This document shows, piece by piece, positions 13,027 to 24,532 of a stretch of DNA of 64,000 nt (position 1 is the stretch's first letter; each line of letters opens with the position of its first letter). Source of the DNA: Zygnema circumcarinatum SAG 698-1b (lineage: Eukaryota; Plantae; Zygnematophyceae). The DNA lies in the NCBI GenBank assembly GCA_037447605.1, contig CM074805.1:2451361-2515360 (forward strand), read 5' to 3'. The notes below the pieces were generated by a model that had not been told where the DNA came from, made no database searches, and saw nothing but the letters and a program-made list of their open reading frames with translations. Position numbers and translations under genes: made by a program.

Positions 13027-15178
13027 TGCAGTTATTCGCAATGGTTGGCTGGGAAGCCAGCCAATGGTTGCAACCATTGACAATGATTGGGTGCTGCGCG
13101 AATCAATGCTCCAATGGTTGCAGTCGTTGGCAATGAATGGCTTGGTACCCAACCAATGGTTGCAATTATTGACAATGATTGGATGGGGCGGGAATCAATG
13201 GTCCAGTGGTTGCAGTCATTGGCAATGCTTGGCTGGGCAGCCATCCAATGGTTGCAACCATTGACAATGATTGGGTGCTGCGGGAATCAATGGTCCAATG
13301 GTTGCAGTCGTTGGCAATGAATGGCTTGGTAGCCAACCAATGGTTGCAATTATTGACAATGATTGGGTGGGGCGGGAATCAATGGTCCAGTGGTTGCAGT
13401 CATTGGCAATGCTTGGCTGGGCAGCCATCCAATGGTTGCAACCATTGGCAATGATTGGCTGGGGCGGGAATCAATCGTCCAATGGTTGGAGTTATTGGCA
13501 ATGGTTGGCTGGGAAGCCAGCCAATGGTTGCAACCATTGACAATGATTGGGTGAGGCGGGAATCAATGGTCCAGTGGTTGCAGTCATTGGCAATGGTTGG
13601 CTGGGTAGCCAGCCAATGGTTGCAACCATTGGCAATGATTGGGTGGGGCGGGAATCAATGGTCCAATGGTTGCAACCATTGGCAATGATTGGGTGGGGCG
13701 GGAATCAATGGTCCAATGGTTGCAGTTATTGGCAATGGTTGGCTGGATAGCCGGCCAATGGTTCTAACCAATGGCAATGGTTCGTCGGGGGGAGAATCAA
13801 TGGTCCAATGGTTGCGGTTATTGGCAATGGTTTGTTGGGTAGCCAGCCAATGGTTGCAACCATTGGCAATGATTGGGTTGGGCGGGAATCAATGGTCCAA
13901 TGGTTGAAGTTATTGGCAATGATTGGCTGGGAAGCCATTCAATGGTTGCAATCATTGACAATGATTGGGTGGAGCGAGAATCAATGGTCCAATGGTTGCA
14001 GTCACTGGCAATGGTTGGCTAGTTAGCCAGCCAATGGTTGCAACCATTGGCAATGGTTCGGTGGGGCGGTAATCAATGGTCCAATGGTTGCAGTCATTGG
14101 CAACGGTTGGCTGGGTAGCCAATCAAAATGGTGGGCCGCGCGCCTACCTCATCTGCCCTGTGGATAAGACTGTAAGGACGGACAGGTGGCGCCACCGTCG
14201 TGGTAGAATGCTGCGGTACGGTGCGCGCGACGTGACGGGACGCGCCGTAGGGGGGCTGCACCTGATCGGAATCGCGGCGACGGACCAGAAAGAATTTCAG
14301 CTGCCAGGCCGCCGCTCGCCCAATCGCGGACGATTGACTCGCTGCCAGGGCAGAAAAAAACCATTTGAATGCTGCCCGGAGCCAAACTTGAGCTGCCGGG
14401 CCAACGCTCGCCCAATCGCGGACGTTTGCTTCGAGGACGAGGCAGCTGAAAACAGTTTAGGGCTGCCCCGGCCGAAACCTTCAGCTACCCGAACGACGCA
14501 CGCCCAATCGCGGACCTTTGCTTCACGGTTTGGGCAGCCAAAACCATTTCCGATCTGCCCGAGTCCAGACATCAGCTGCCCGGCCGACGCTCACCCAATC
14601 GCGGACGTCCGCGAAGGATAGCCGAAAACATTCCGGGCCAAGGGCTTGACGGACCATGGGTTGGATCAACCATTGGATTGGTCGCGATTTGCAAACCGTT
14701 GGTTCCTGATCCAGCCAACCATTGGAGCCAATGGTTGGGCGGGGTTGGAAGTAATAGTCCAATGGTTGCAGCCATTGGGAATGGTTGGCTGTATAGCCAG
14801 CCCATGGTTGCAACCATTGGATCGAATGGTTGGGTGGGGCGGGAATCAATGGTCGAACGGTTGCAGTTATTGGCAATGGTTGGCTGGGTGGTCAGCCAAT
14901 GGTTGCAACCATTGGCAATGATTGGGTGGGGCGGGAATCAATGGTCCAATGGTTGCAATCATTGGCAATGGGTGGCTCGGTAGCCAGCCAATGGTTGTAA
15001 CCATTGGCAATGGTTGGGTGGGGCGGGAATCAATGGTCCAATGGTTGCAACCATTGGCAATGGTTGGCTGGGTGGTCAGCCAATGGTTGCAACCATTGGC
15101 AATGATTGGGTGGGGCGGGAATGAATGGTCCAATGGTTGCAACCATTGGCAATGGTTCGGTGGGGCGGTAATCAATGG
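13027..15178. repeat. Tandem satellite, 92-bp unit (50+42 bp subunits) with a partial 184-bp dimer structure, interrupted at about 14120-14650
   Basis: CAATGATTGG recurs at 13081, 13173, 13265 and 13357 (period 92). Alternate units are more alike than adjacent ones. Each unit carries the 18-bp palindrome CAATGGTTGCAACCATTG or a variant. Confidence 0.95.
14298..14610. repeat. Four copies of a different ~92-bp repeat (core CAGCTGCC..ACGCTCGCCCAATCGCGGAC) inside the satellite
   Basis: Core C(G/A)CCCAATCGCGGAC starts at 14317, 14409, 14501 and 14592 (spacing 92, 92, 91). Confidence 0.9.
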
Positions 15179-15298
15179 ATGCGTACGGATTTTTACAGAT
15201 GCGTACGGGTCCGTATGGATTCCTTGTACGGCGGAACCGTACGAACGACTCCAAAATGCCGGCGGCACTTGGTGACTGTAGCATTCAGTTCGCTACAG

Positions 15299-15772
15299 GT
15301 ATGGTATGGTATGGTATGGTATGGTATGGTATGGTATGGTATGGTATGGTATGGTATGGTATGGTATGGTATGGTATGGTATGGTATGGTATGGTATGGT
15401 ATGGTATGGTATGGTATGGTATGGTATGGTATGGTATGGTATGGTATGGTATGGTATGGTATGGTATGGTATGGTATATGGTATGGTATGGTATGAGTAT
15501 GGTATGGTATGGTATGTGGTATGGTATGGTATGGTATGGTATGGTATGGTATGGTATGTATGGTATGGTATGGTATGGTATGGTATGGTATGGTATGGTA
15601 TGGTATGGTATGGTATGGTATGGTATGGTATGGTATGGTATGGTATATGGTATGGTATGGTATGGTATGGTATGGTATGGTATGGTATGGTATGGTATGG
15701 TATGGTATGGTATGGTATGGTATGGTATGGTATGGTATGGTATGGTATGGTATGGTATGGTATGGTATAGTA
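15299..15772 (+). repeat. (GTATG)n pentanucleotide microsatellite, about 95 units, probably forming a 5'UTR intron (15299-15783)
   Basis: Near-perfect GTATG array with about 5 slippage variants. It begins at CAG|GTATGG and ends just before TGTGTGCAG|, 90 nt upstream of the CstF-77 ATG. Confidence 0.95.
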
Positions 15773-15873
15773 TGTGTGTGCAGGATAAACGGGCGGGCGG
15801 AACAGTGGAGGGAGGGAGGACATGGAAACGGCTCCTTGCAAGCGCTCTCGGTCCGGCTCTCGCGGACTCCGCC

Positions 15874-18800
15874 ATGGCTGAGGCCGCGACGCCCACTGCG
15901 GCAGTCGTGAAGCCTGAGCCAGAGAGTAACTATGAAGGGGGTGCCAGAGGCATGCAGGCCGTGGAGGCAGCTGCCGATGCTGGGGCTCTCGCTGGAGGAG
16001 TCACAGCTCTGCCACCGCTTGGACCGCCGCTATCAGATAAAGTAAGTTCGCTGTGTCTCATTAACTCGTTGTCTACCGGAGTGGACTATGTTTGAGATGC
16101 GTTTTTCCTCATGAAAAACGTTTCTTGGATCCGAAGGTCAATTTAGTTCGTGATAGCATGATACCATATGCCTCTTGAGGGCTTAACAGCTGGCATTGAT
16201 GAACACAGTGGCCCGTGAGTGGCAATGCGGTGGGGGAGTGAAAGGCCAGAAGGGAATATGCCCTTGCAGAAATTGAATCTAGTTCGTTTTCTTTTTTTGT
16301 TTTAAAATAAAATCTGGATATGCTAAGAGTCTCGGTAATGCACTTTCATTGGCAGTTGTTCTGATATAGGCTCGGATGCAGAAATCCTTCTTTTATCTCC
16401 TAATTCCAATTATTGTCTGTCTAACATTCTGTAGGAGCGCCGCGCGCGTGAGAAGATTGCCGAGGATCGATATAATTTGGAAGCCTGGGCAACACTTGCT
16501 GCAGAAGCCCAGGTTTAAAAAACCGGACATTCCTTCGTGTCTGCGGAGTTGATTGCAATGTTAGAGGTTGTATGGCACTAAAGTAGATATCTGACTTGTA
16601 CCACGTGGGGGGGTGAATGGTCTCCGTAGCAGGCACGTTCCGTGAACGACTCTTCAACTGTTGCCCTGTGGGAACATCTTCTCGCTGCTTTTCCCTCTGC
16701 GGTGCGCTCTTTCTCTTTCTCGACGCATATGCGTTCTTGTGTCCATAATAAATTGAGCTCAACGAAGTCCTTAATCTGGAAAAGGACGAAGCAGGGCCGC
16801 GTGAAACTTGAAATAAAATTATGCCCTGCCTTCTTGCTGGAGAACAGGGGAAATGGTGGAAAGCGTATGTTGAGGATCAAATGGCAGCAGGCAACGATGA
16901 GGAAGTGAAGCAGATATTTGGCAGGTGTTTGCTCAACTGCCCGTACATTGACCTTTGGTAAGTGTTTGAATTGTCACTTCTTTCCCTCGGCCCCTAATCA
17001 ACAATGGCAGGTGCATAGTACGAGAGTTTTCAAAAGTGAAAGAAGTCAAGCATGCTTGTTGATTGTTGGCTTTCACCACCAAGAACTTTTCGCTTGATTT
17101 CCATAGACGCCTCAAGTTCGAGATCGTGCACCTTTCCAGCCCCAACTTGTCCTCGTTGCTCCAACTTTTAAAGCTCAACGTTTCACTCCTGTTTCCATGG
17201 TCTATGGAATGCAATCCGCTTTTTCTAATCTCTTTAATTGGGACAATGGCCTTACGTCTGCACAACTTAAGCTACTCTTGGACCTACAGTTAAAGATCTG
17301 TTAAAGATCAGTCTGTAAGATCTAGAGTTGTTCCTGTGATACTGCAGTTGAGTTCTTATAGGTGCATCCAGCGGTGTTGTTATACAGGCGTTGCTACCTG
17401 CGTTATATTAGGCAAAAGAAGGATGACAAACCAGAGGAAAGGGAGGACATACGTAAAGCAATGGATTTTGCACTCGATCACGTCGGTAAGCATGTACTCG
17501 ACGTCCTCCAGGGACAATTTTCTTCTGACATTGCCAGAGGGTCCAGGGTCTAGCCCCATGCTAAGTGGACATGCATCATGTATTTTAGAGTCAAGCAGGT
17601 TTTGCTGACTGCGACGTATAATGTACCAAGTACATCTCCATTTTGGTGGAGATTGGACAATTTGAGCAACAAATTTCGTCTCATTTCATGTTCTTTGGTG
17701 GATGTTGTGAATCTATAAACTATTAAATCTTATAGATCTCACCCTTGTTTTGATGAGTCAAATCCACTATCACTTTTTTGAGCATGACCTGACCTGCTAA
17801 AACTATATGTGACGAGGACTATGGATCAAACAGGGGTTTTCATCCTTCTGGTCACGTCTGTATACAGAAATAAGGTTAGTTGAAAGAATGAATATGTTTA
17901 CCTTGGACGAGTTGTCTAGTTTACACCTTTTCTGTGTGTAAGCATGGTCCAGGGCATTTATTGTGTCAGACTGCGACTTGATAAGATGGACTTGTTGAAT
18001 GGCAGGCTTGGACATAGGGTCAGGGCCTCTCTGGGAGGAGTACATCAAGTTTTTGAAGGCTGCACCGGTACTTCTTTGTTCCATTGTGTCTTTCCCTGCT
18101 CAATGGCCACAGAAAGAACTTTATGCATAAACCTGTTAACACTGCCATTGTTACCTTCCAAATTGTTTAGTTGAGAAGAGGCTGTAGATTCAGGAAGGCA
18201 CTCAGTGTTTCTTTTACTGCTTGCTCATTGCTGCTATTTTGCCATTGCAAGAACTAGGTAAGTTATGTCCAGCTCTGGGTTGCTGCTGACTGCACAGTTG
18301 GAATAGTCATCTCGAGAGGTCTGATGATCTGCAGGCAGCAGGCCCTCAGGAGGAGTCACAGCGCATGGGAGCCGTACGCAAAGCATATCAGCGAGCTGTT
18401 CTATGTCCGGTAGTGGGTGTCGAACAATTGTGGAAAGAGTACGAGGCATTTGAGTCGGGAATAAGTCGTCCTCTGGTGCGACCCCCTACCTCCTACACCT
18501 GCATACGCATCTCCCTGATCAGAAAGGCCTGTTTGATGCCATATTGAGACAGACTCTTGAACGATTGATAAAACATAAACTGCCAAGACTTTGGATTGTG
18601 CGACTATGTTGAGTGAAGGCTACTAGCACCATTTCTGCGAGCCCCATGCCATGGTTGTCTAAAGACAATTGCGTGGAGAATCATGCTTGAAGGAGTCCTT
18701 CTAGTTCTGTGAAGTGTGCACTTACGATACTCCCTTATAATCTCAGAGCATTGTGAAGTCTCTGCTGAAGATCTACATTTTACGTTCAGAGGAATTGGTT

Positions 18801-21800
18801 CAGGATTGCCACCTGCGTTCTGGTGGCTTTTCTGTGACCTATGCCTGAGGAGGCATTTCTGTCCTATCTATTCTCTGTGCTATTAATCTTAAACAGGACA
18901 GCTCACCTAGTGGTGGGATGGACTTTTCCAGGCCAAGGGACTTCTAGCAGAGTATCAGCCGAGGCATCTTGCTGTTAGAGCTGTCTTAAGGGAGCGGAAA
19001 AAGCTGATGGACAAGGTTGACGTAACTGTCTTGCCAGTGCCACTGGACGCTTCCACGAAGGTATAAGGCTGCCCTTGTCGTTGTTGTGAGACTGCGTATG
19101 CTCTTTTCCGGAGAAAGCGGGCAATTTAATTCATAGCTGACGCTGTGCTTCGTTCTTGAAATGTAGCATTTTTTTTTTAAAGTATCACCCGCTCGACCCG
19201 TAGATTGATCGCGTGCAGCTTCATGAGCTGCACTAGTACTAGAAATTTCCCAGCGAAGGGGATCTCAGGGTGGCAAATTCGAGGTACCAAAGTAGAGTCC
19301 TTTGGTCACTTGTTCGGCTTGGCTGTCTTTTGCCGTCCAGATTCTCACTCAGTGTCACAGGGACTGCAGAAAACAATGTTGAAGTAATGGTGGTTAATGC
19401 TGAAAATGGTTTGCTCGGGTTGGCAGGATGAACAGCAAAGTGCTGCCTGGGCCGAGCTTCTGGCCTTTGAAAGGTGGGATGCCTCATCTGGTCTGTGATA
19501 GAAAGGACCACTCAGATTTCAGTAAACTAGCAGACAGGGCTTGGGTCAACCCTCTTATGAATAATAGCGTATGTGCGTCCCCTTTCCCGTTAACTTTGGT
19601 GCAGACTGCTTCTCTCCTGTGAAGGGCTGGCAGATGGTTCCCCCTCTCATGGAGAGCAGGCAGTTGTCTTTCTCCTCTTCAGAAGGGCAGACAAAATGTC
19701 TTAACGTCCATGTGAAGGTCAGATTGGATATTTTCCCTTCGCATGAATGTCAGCTTAATGTTCCCTTTCGATGGTTCACTTTGCCCGAGGCTCTCGAATA
19801 GTGTTATAGTGTCTCACACCATCTGTGAAAGGCGAATAGATGTCTTTGATCCGTCACTCGGACATATGAACATCCGTCTGACCGTCGTTTTCCAGCTTGG
19901 GCAGAAGCCTAAGACGGAGAACAGATGGTTCGCCTGTCGAGATCATTTTTACGAATAATCCTTTGAACGCAGACAAGAGGATTTTCTTGTCATGATCGGC
20001 AGGCTTGAATTGAATGCTTTGTCTTCAACCTTACGCATTGATCTGTAAATAGTAGACGCTGGAATCTAACAGATTGATGCCAATGAAGTCTGTGAGCGTT
20101 TCTGTCGCATGGAAGCGCTTCATTAGAATCTGATATTTGCAAATTGAACAATGAACATTGTCTGTTTTCAAAGTTTAAAGTCGCTGTGTGTCACTCTGCA
20201 AGTTTTGCAAACTAAAAGTTTGGACCAGTTCAGTTTATTCATCCGGAGCTAAATTCAAGTGAACGTTTTCTCGAAACCTAACAATTTTAAACACGTAATC
20301 TTTTGGGGTTTTGGATATGCAGGAACAATCCCCAGCGCTTGACTGATGTTGCATTGGCGAAATCCATTTCCTTTGCGTATGATCAGGTGGGACTTTGTGA
20401 TGCACTTCTCGCAGATGTCAGTAGAGACATTCTAGATGTCCTATCTTCCATTACCTTCTCCTACCTTGCGCTTGGCTGATTCTTTATCAAAGTGATCCAA
20501 AGACAAGTGCAAGGCATGCGAGAGCAACTGCAGATTCAAACCCTGCATCCCCTACGGTGAACAAATTCATATGTCCAGTCTCTAGTAGACAACCTTCACG
20601 CATTTGTTCGTGTTGTTAGAGCTTCGCCTGAAGTAGAGTTAGAGAAACCTGTGTGTATATGATCCACGTGGGTCTGGTCATGACAATTCCATATTGGTGA
20701 AGGGTTGCAGTGCTTGATGCCTTTACGATTGCATCCAGATATATGGTATGATTATGCCATGTGGCATGCTCAAAATGGCAATCCAGATGCGGCTGTTCAA
20801 GTCTTCCAGCGTGCTCTAATAGCCTTGCCAGGTGCTTAACTTTCGTACTCCTCCCTATACTGCTTTGTCAAACTCCAGTCTTTTAGGCGAGGACAGCTGC
20901 TACCCTGTTCATTGACCATACTGAGTAGCCTGAGCGTGTCTTTTTCTTTGGCTGCTGTAGAAGCTAAGATTTTCGGAACCTCGGTTGAGGGTTTCTGTGA
21001 TCAATCTTGCAGAATCTTTTATTCCATAATGTTTTCAACTGTCCTGCCCGTTCCCTATCTGGACGTGCCATAGAAAGCTACTTTCGAATTGTAACCATAT
21101 CTGTAGATGTCATGACTAAGCTCAATGAACTTCTTTCCTGTTTTTCTTACTTTTACAAGTTAGGCACTTGGGGTGTGGGGGGGGGTCCGCCCTGGTTTTT
21201 TGTCACTTCCAATGAAGGTTGTCCAACACTCCTGCCTGTCAAAGCATAATGTTTTTTTGCCTGTGGTGGAGCTTTCGCTGCAGAGAGCATGGTCTTGCAT
21301 TTTGCCTATGCAGAGCTTCAAGAGGGCCGAGGACGCATTCAGGTGAGGTCCTGTGATTGAACGCCAACTGTGAAGCATTGCGAATGATCTGGATTGAATC
21401 CTTCTCCTAGTCCTATTGGTAAGCACTCACATGTTTGCCCCATGGAGAGTTTTCACAGGAAGCGAAGGGAATTTATGAGGCGCTGCTGAAGAATGAAGCC
21501 ATAGCCAGCAGCCTACCGCACATTCAGGTATGGCGTCTTTACTCTCTTTCTGAATGCAGACGGGGCTCGACGGGCGTCAGTTGTGGACACTTCCAAGTTA
21601 ACAAGAAGTAGTTTTTTGATGGAGTGCTAGTATTCATGTAAGGATGTTTCTCTATTTTTTGTAGACAAGGTGGAGTGGAGTCTCAGAATATTTTCGGATA
21701 ATGAGACAACTTCACTTTTTCATCCCCTTACCTGTCTTTGTCAGATGAATATGGTAGAAAGGTATATGTGTATGACTATAAGTCCAGTCGTTGTGAGCAA

Positions 21801-24501
21801 TTGCAGCTTAGGTACGAGGTAGAACAAGTCGATCCGCACTTGTGTCTTTCCGCCTACACCAGCTAATGAAATCACCACTGTATCTACGTGCCTGAGATCA
21901 GCAATGTGTGTATTTGATATGCCCCCGTGAATCTGGAACACAACTACTTGGCATCCCTCGGCTTTCTGCATCTGGATACAACTTGGTTTGTTTGTTTTTT
22001 CGAAAGGACCTTCTTGAACATAGTTTCCATCTGATGTAAAAGCTAGAAAGAACGGGAATTAGTTCTTGTATACTTGTAGCATCTTGTTGTTTGGATTTGG
22101 ATGTTGTTCCTCTTTCCACTTTCCTTTAAGTTCAGGAAAACGCAGAGGTCTGACGCTTCGCACTTCTTGTGAGCACTGTAGCAAGACATGGTACATTTTG
22201 CAAATACTTTCTTCAATTCAAAAACATTTCTGGCTTGTTAATCATCTCCAACGATGTTTTTTGCAATGCATTGCATCACCCAGGGCATCCTATTTTGCCT
22301 CATTAATTTGTAATTGAATCCACTTTGATATATTTGAAAATCAAAGTGCGGGCCACTTTTTGTTGGAAGTTATTTACTTTATTCCAATGCTGGTCTGTTT
22401 GAGCCACCCAGTTCTGGTTTCAGTTGATGAGTGATGTTGATTGTGACAACTTATGCTAACTTATTTGACTAAAACTATTATTACTACTATTACTATTATT
22501 ATTACTATTATTATTACTATTGTTATTTAACTTTGTTTTGCGCGATTCTTACTACTCGGAAGAGTGCCTTCTATATTGGAGAGGATTGAAAAGTTTTACG
22601 TTTGCGTGACCTTCTCTAAAGTTCGTTTGCAAAAGTGATGGGGCCGCCGTTCATATAGTGCACACAGCCGTAGTGGGTTCATACGGGCGAATATACACTT
22701 GTCTGATGCTGGATTAGTCAGAAAGGTTGTGACAAAGTCACTGGATTGGCGATGTTCCATCTGGTCCATTTTGTGGAGTTTACCTTGTACAGGAATTGGA
22801 ATTCCGATACGATCGAAATTCGATTTGATTATCGATTATTACGATATATTAGGATCAAGGAAGCTATGGATGATAACTGTGAAGTAGTGCAGAGGAGGAT
22901 GCTGTGAAGATATAGAGTGCTACGATCACTCCTTCGGTTTCTCTTATGCCCATGAACGGAAAAAAGCCGTTTCCGCCATCTAGTACGATGCAGTCGCCTG
23001 CAGTATGAGCAGATATTTGACTATCATGACAGCACTCTCAATCCAGTTGCCTTTGGGTGATGTTATGGAGCTCGCCAGATGATGCGCTTTGTGAGGAGGA
23101 CAGATGGTGTCGAAGCGGCGCGAAAGGCGTTCATGGCTGCCAGAAAGGCCCATTCCAGCACCTACCATATTCATGTAGCTTCAGCTCTTATGGAATTGTG
23201 CACCAACAAAGAACCCAAGGCAGGAAGCGTTGAACCAAGGCTTACTCTGTTTAAAATGTTCAGTTTCTATGCAGCTCTGGTCGGCAAGTGCGGGGGGGGA
23301 TTCCTAATGAGTCGTGTACTTTCATTGAACCTTTCTCTAAGCCATCTGCGTCGGAATGGGGTGGTGCATGATTCAGGTCGCTCGCAATGTACTGGAGCTT
23401 GGCCTGAAGAAGTACATTTATACACCGTCTTATGTATTAGAGTAATGCACCTTGCCCTCTGAAATCCTGCCGCAGAGACGGAAATGTTTTACCATTGTGA
23501 GCAGGGTGTTTGCATCTTATCTTTGATTTGTTGTATTCAAATCAGTCAGTGGCGATGCGATCCGAAGCAATTAGATTGAGGAAGATCCATTCATCTCTAA
23601 GTTGAGAAGCACTTGCCAATTCCAAAGCAACTTTAACTTGTACGTGCTTCCTCGTGACAGGTATGCTGATTTCTTAGCAAAGATGAATGATGATCGGAAT
23701 ATGCGGGCACTTTTTGAACGAGCATTAAGTATTCTACCACCGGAGGAATCACATGAGGTGGGACGAACTGTTCCACCATGAATTATCATCATCCGATTTG
23801 GTTGGGACGTCTAGCCTTTTCTCTGCCTCACTCCTTCGTTCCTTCCTATGCCAAATGGTATACATCTGAGTCAGGTCGTTGTATCTTATCTCTCCTCAAA
23901 TGAGAACTCAAAAGGGGTCAGGACGCAGGTGTGGCGCAGCTTTGTGGATTGTGAACGCCTTTATGGAGATTTAGACTCCTTGTTGAAGGTTGTCCTTCGT
24001 ATCCCTCGCTGTTAACTGCTTTCCAGCTCAAAAAATTGTTTTTTGACCTTTGACCTAGCAGAGAGGCGGAGTGTTTCCGGAACTAATTGACATAGGTGAT
24101 GGGAGAGTGTGAAGGTGGAGAGGATGGCCGACAGACAGGGAAAGCGGACTTCCTTGTTGACCAAATTGGTATTCCCGTCTGAGAATCTGTCATGTCGGGA
24201 TTGTGTTTCTTGCCTTGTAGTTAGAGCAACGGAGAAGAGTGGCATCATCCAAAGAGGGCGAGGAAGGAGCACAAGCGGGAGGATTGGAGGAGGCAGTTGC
24301 AAGATACGCATTCCAGGACTTGTTGCCCTGCTCTGCTGCGGAGATGGCCCACATTAATCGCTTGAAGGTAAGGGATGGTTAATCAGTAATGTCTGATCTA
24401 CCTGCTTCATTGTGGAGCGTTCTTGGAGTTGGACTTTCGTTTGTTTGCAGGTATTGCAGGCTGCTCAGCATGCCCTTTTCTGAGGCATACATGCCTAATT
24501 G

Positions 24502-24532
<31 letters not shown>

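Noticed and set aside
13027-15178. CRISPR-like array (palindromic repeats with intervening sequence)
   Set aside because: The intervening segments are themselves repeated rather than unique spacers, the context is eukaryotic with spliced genes, and no cas genes are present.
12767-15275. Many overlapping ORFs with WLQPLAMIGW / MVATIGN repeats
   Set aside because: They are translations of the 92-bp satellite, staggered by exactly one unit in all frames, with no coding signature.
15255-15298. SINE/tRNA-like head with a microsatellite tail
   Set aside because: GTTCGCTAC deviates from the B-box (GTTCRANNC), there is no convincing A-box and no cloverleaf.
15125-15910. ORFs of repeated MVWYG / YHTIP
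   Set aside because: Artefact of a stop-free (GTATG)n repeat; only the part from 15874 is CstF-77 coding sequence.
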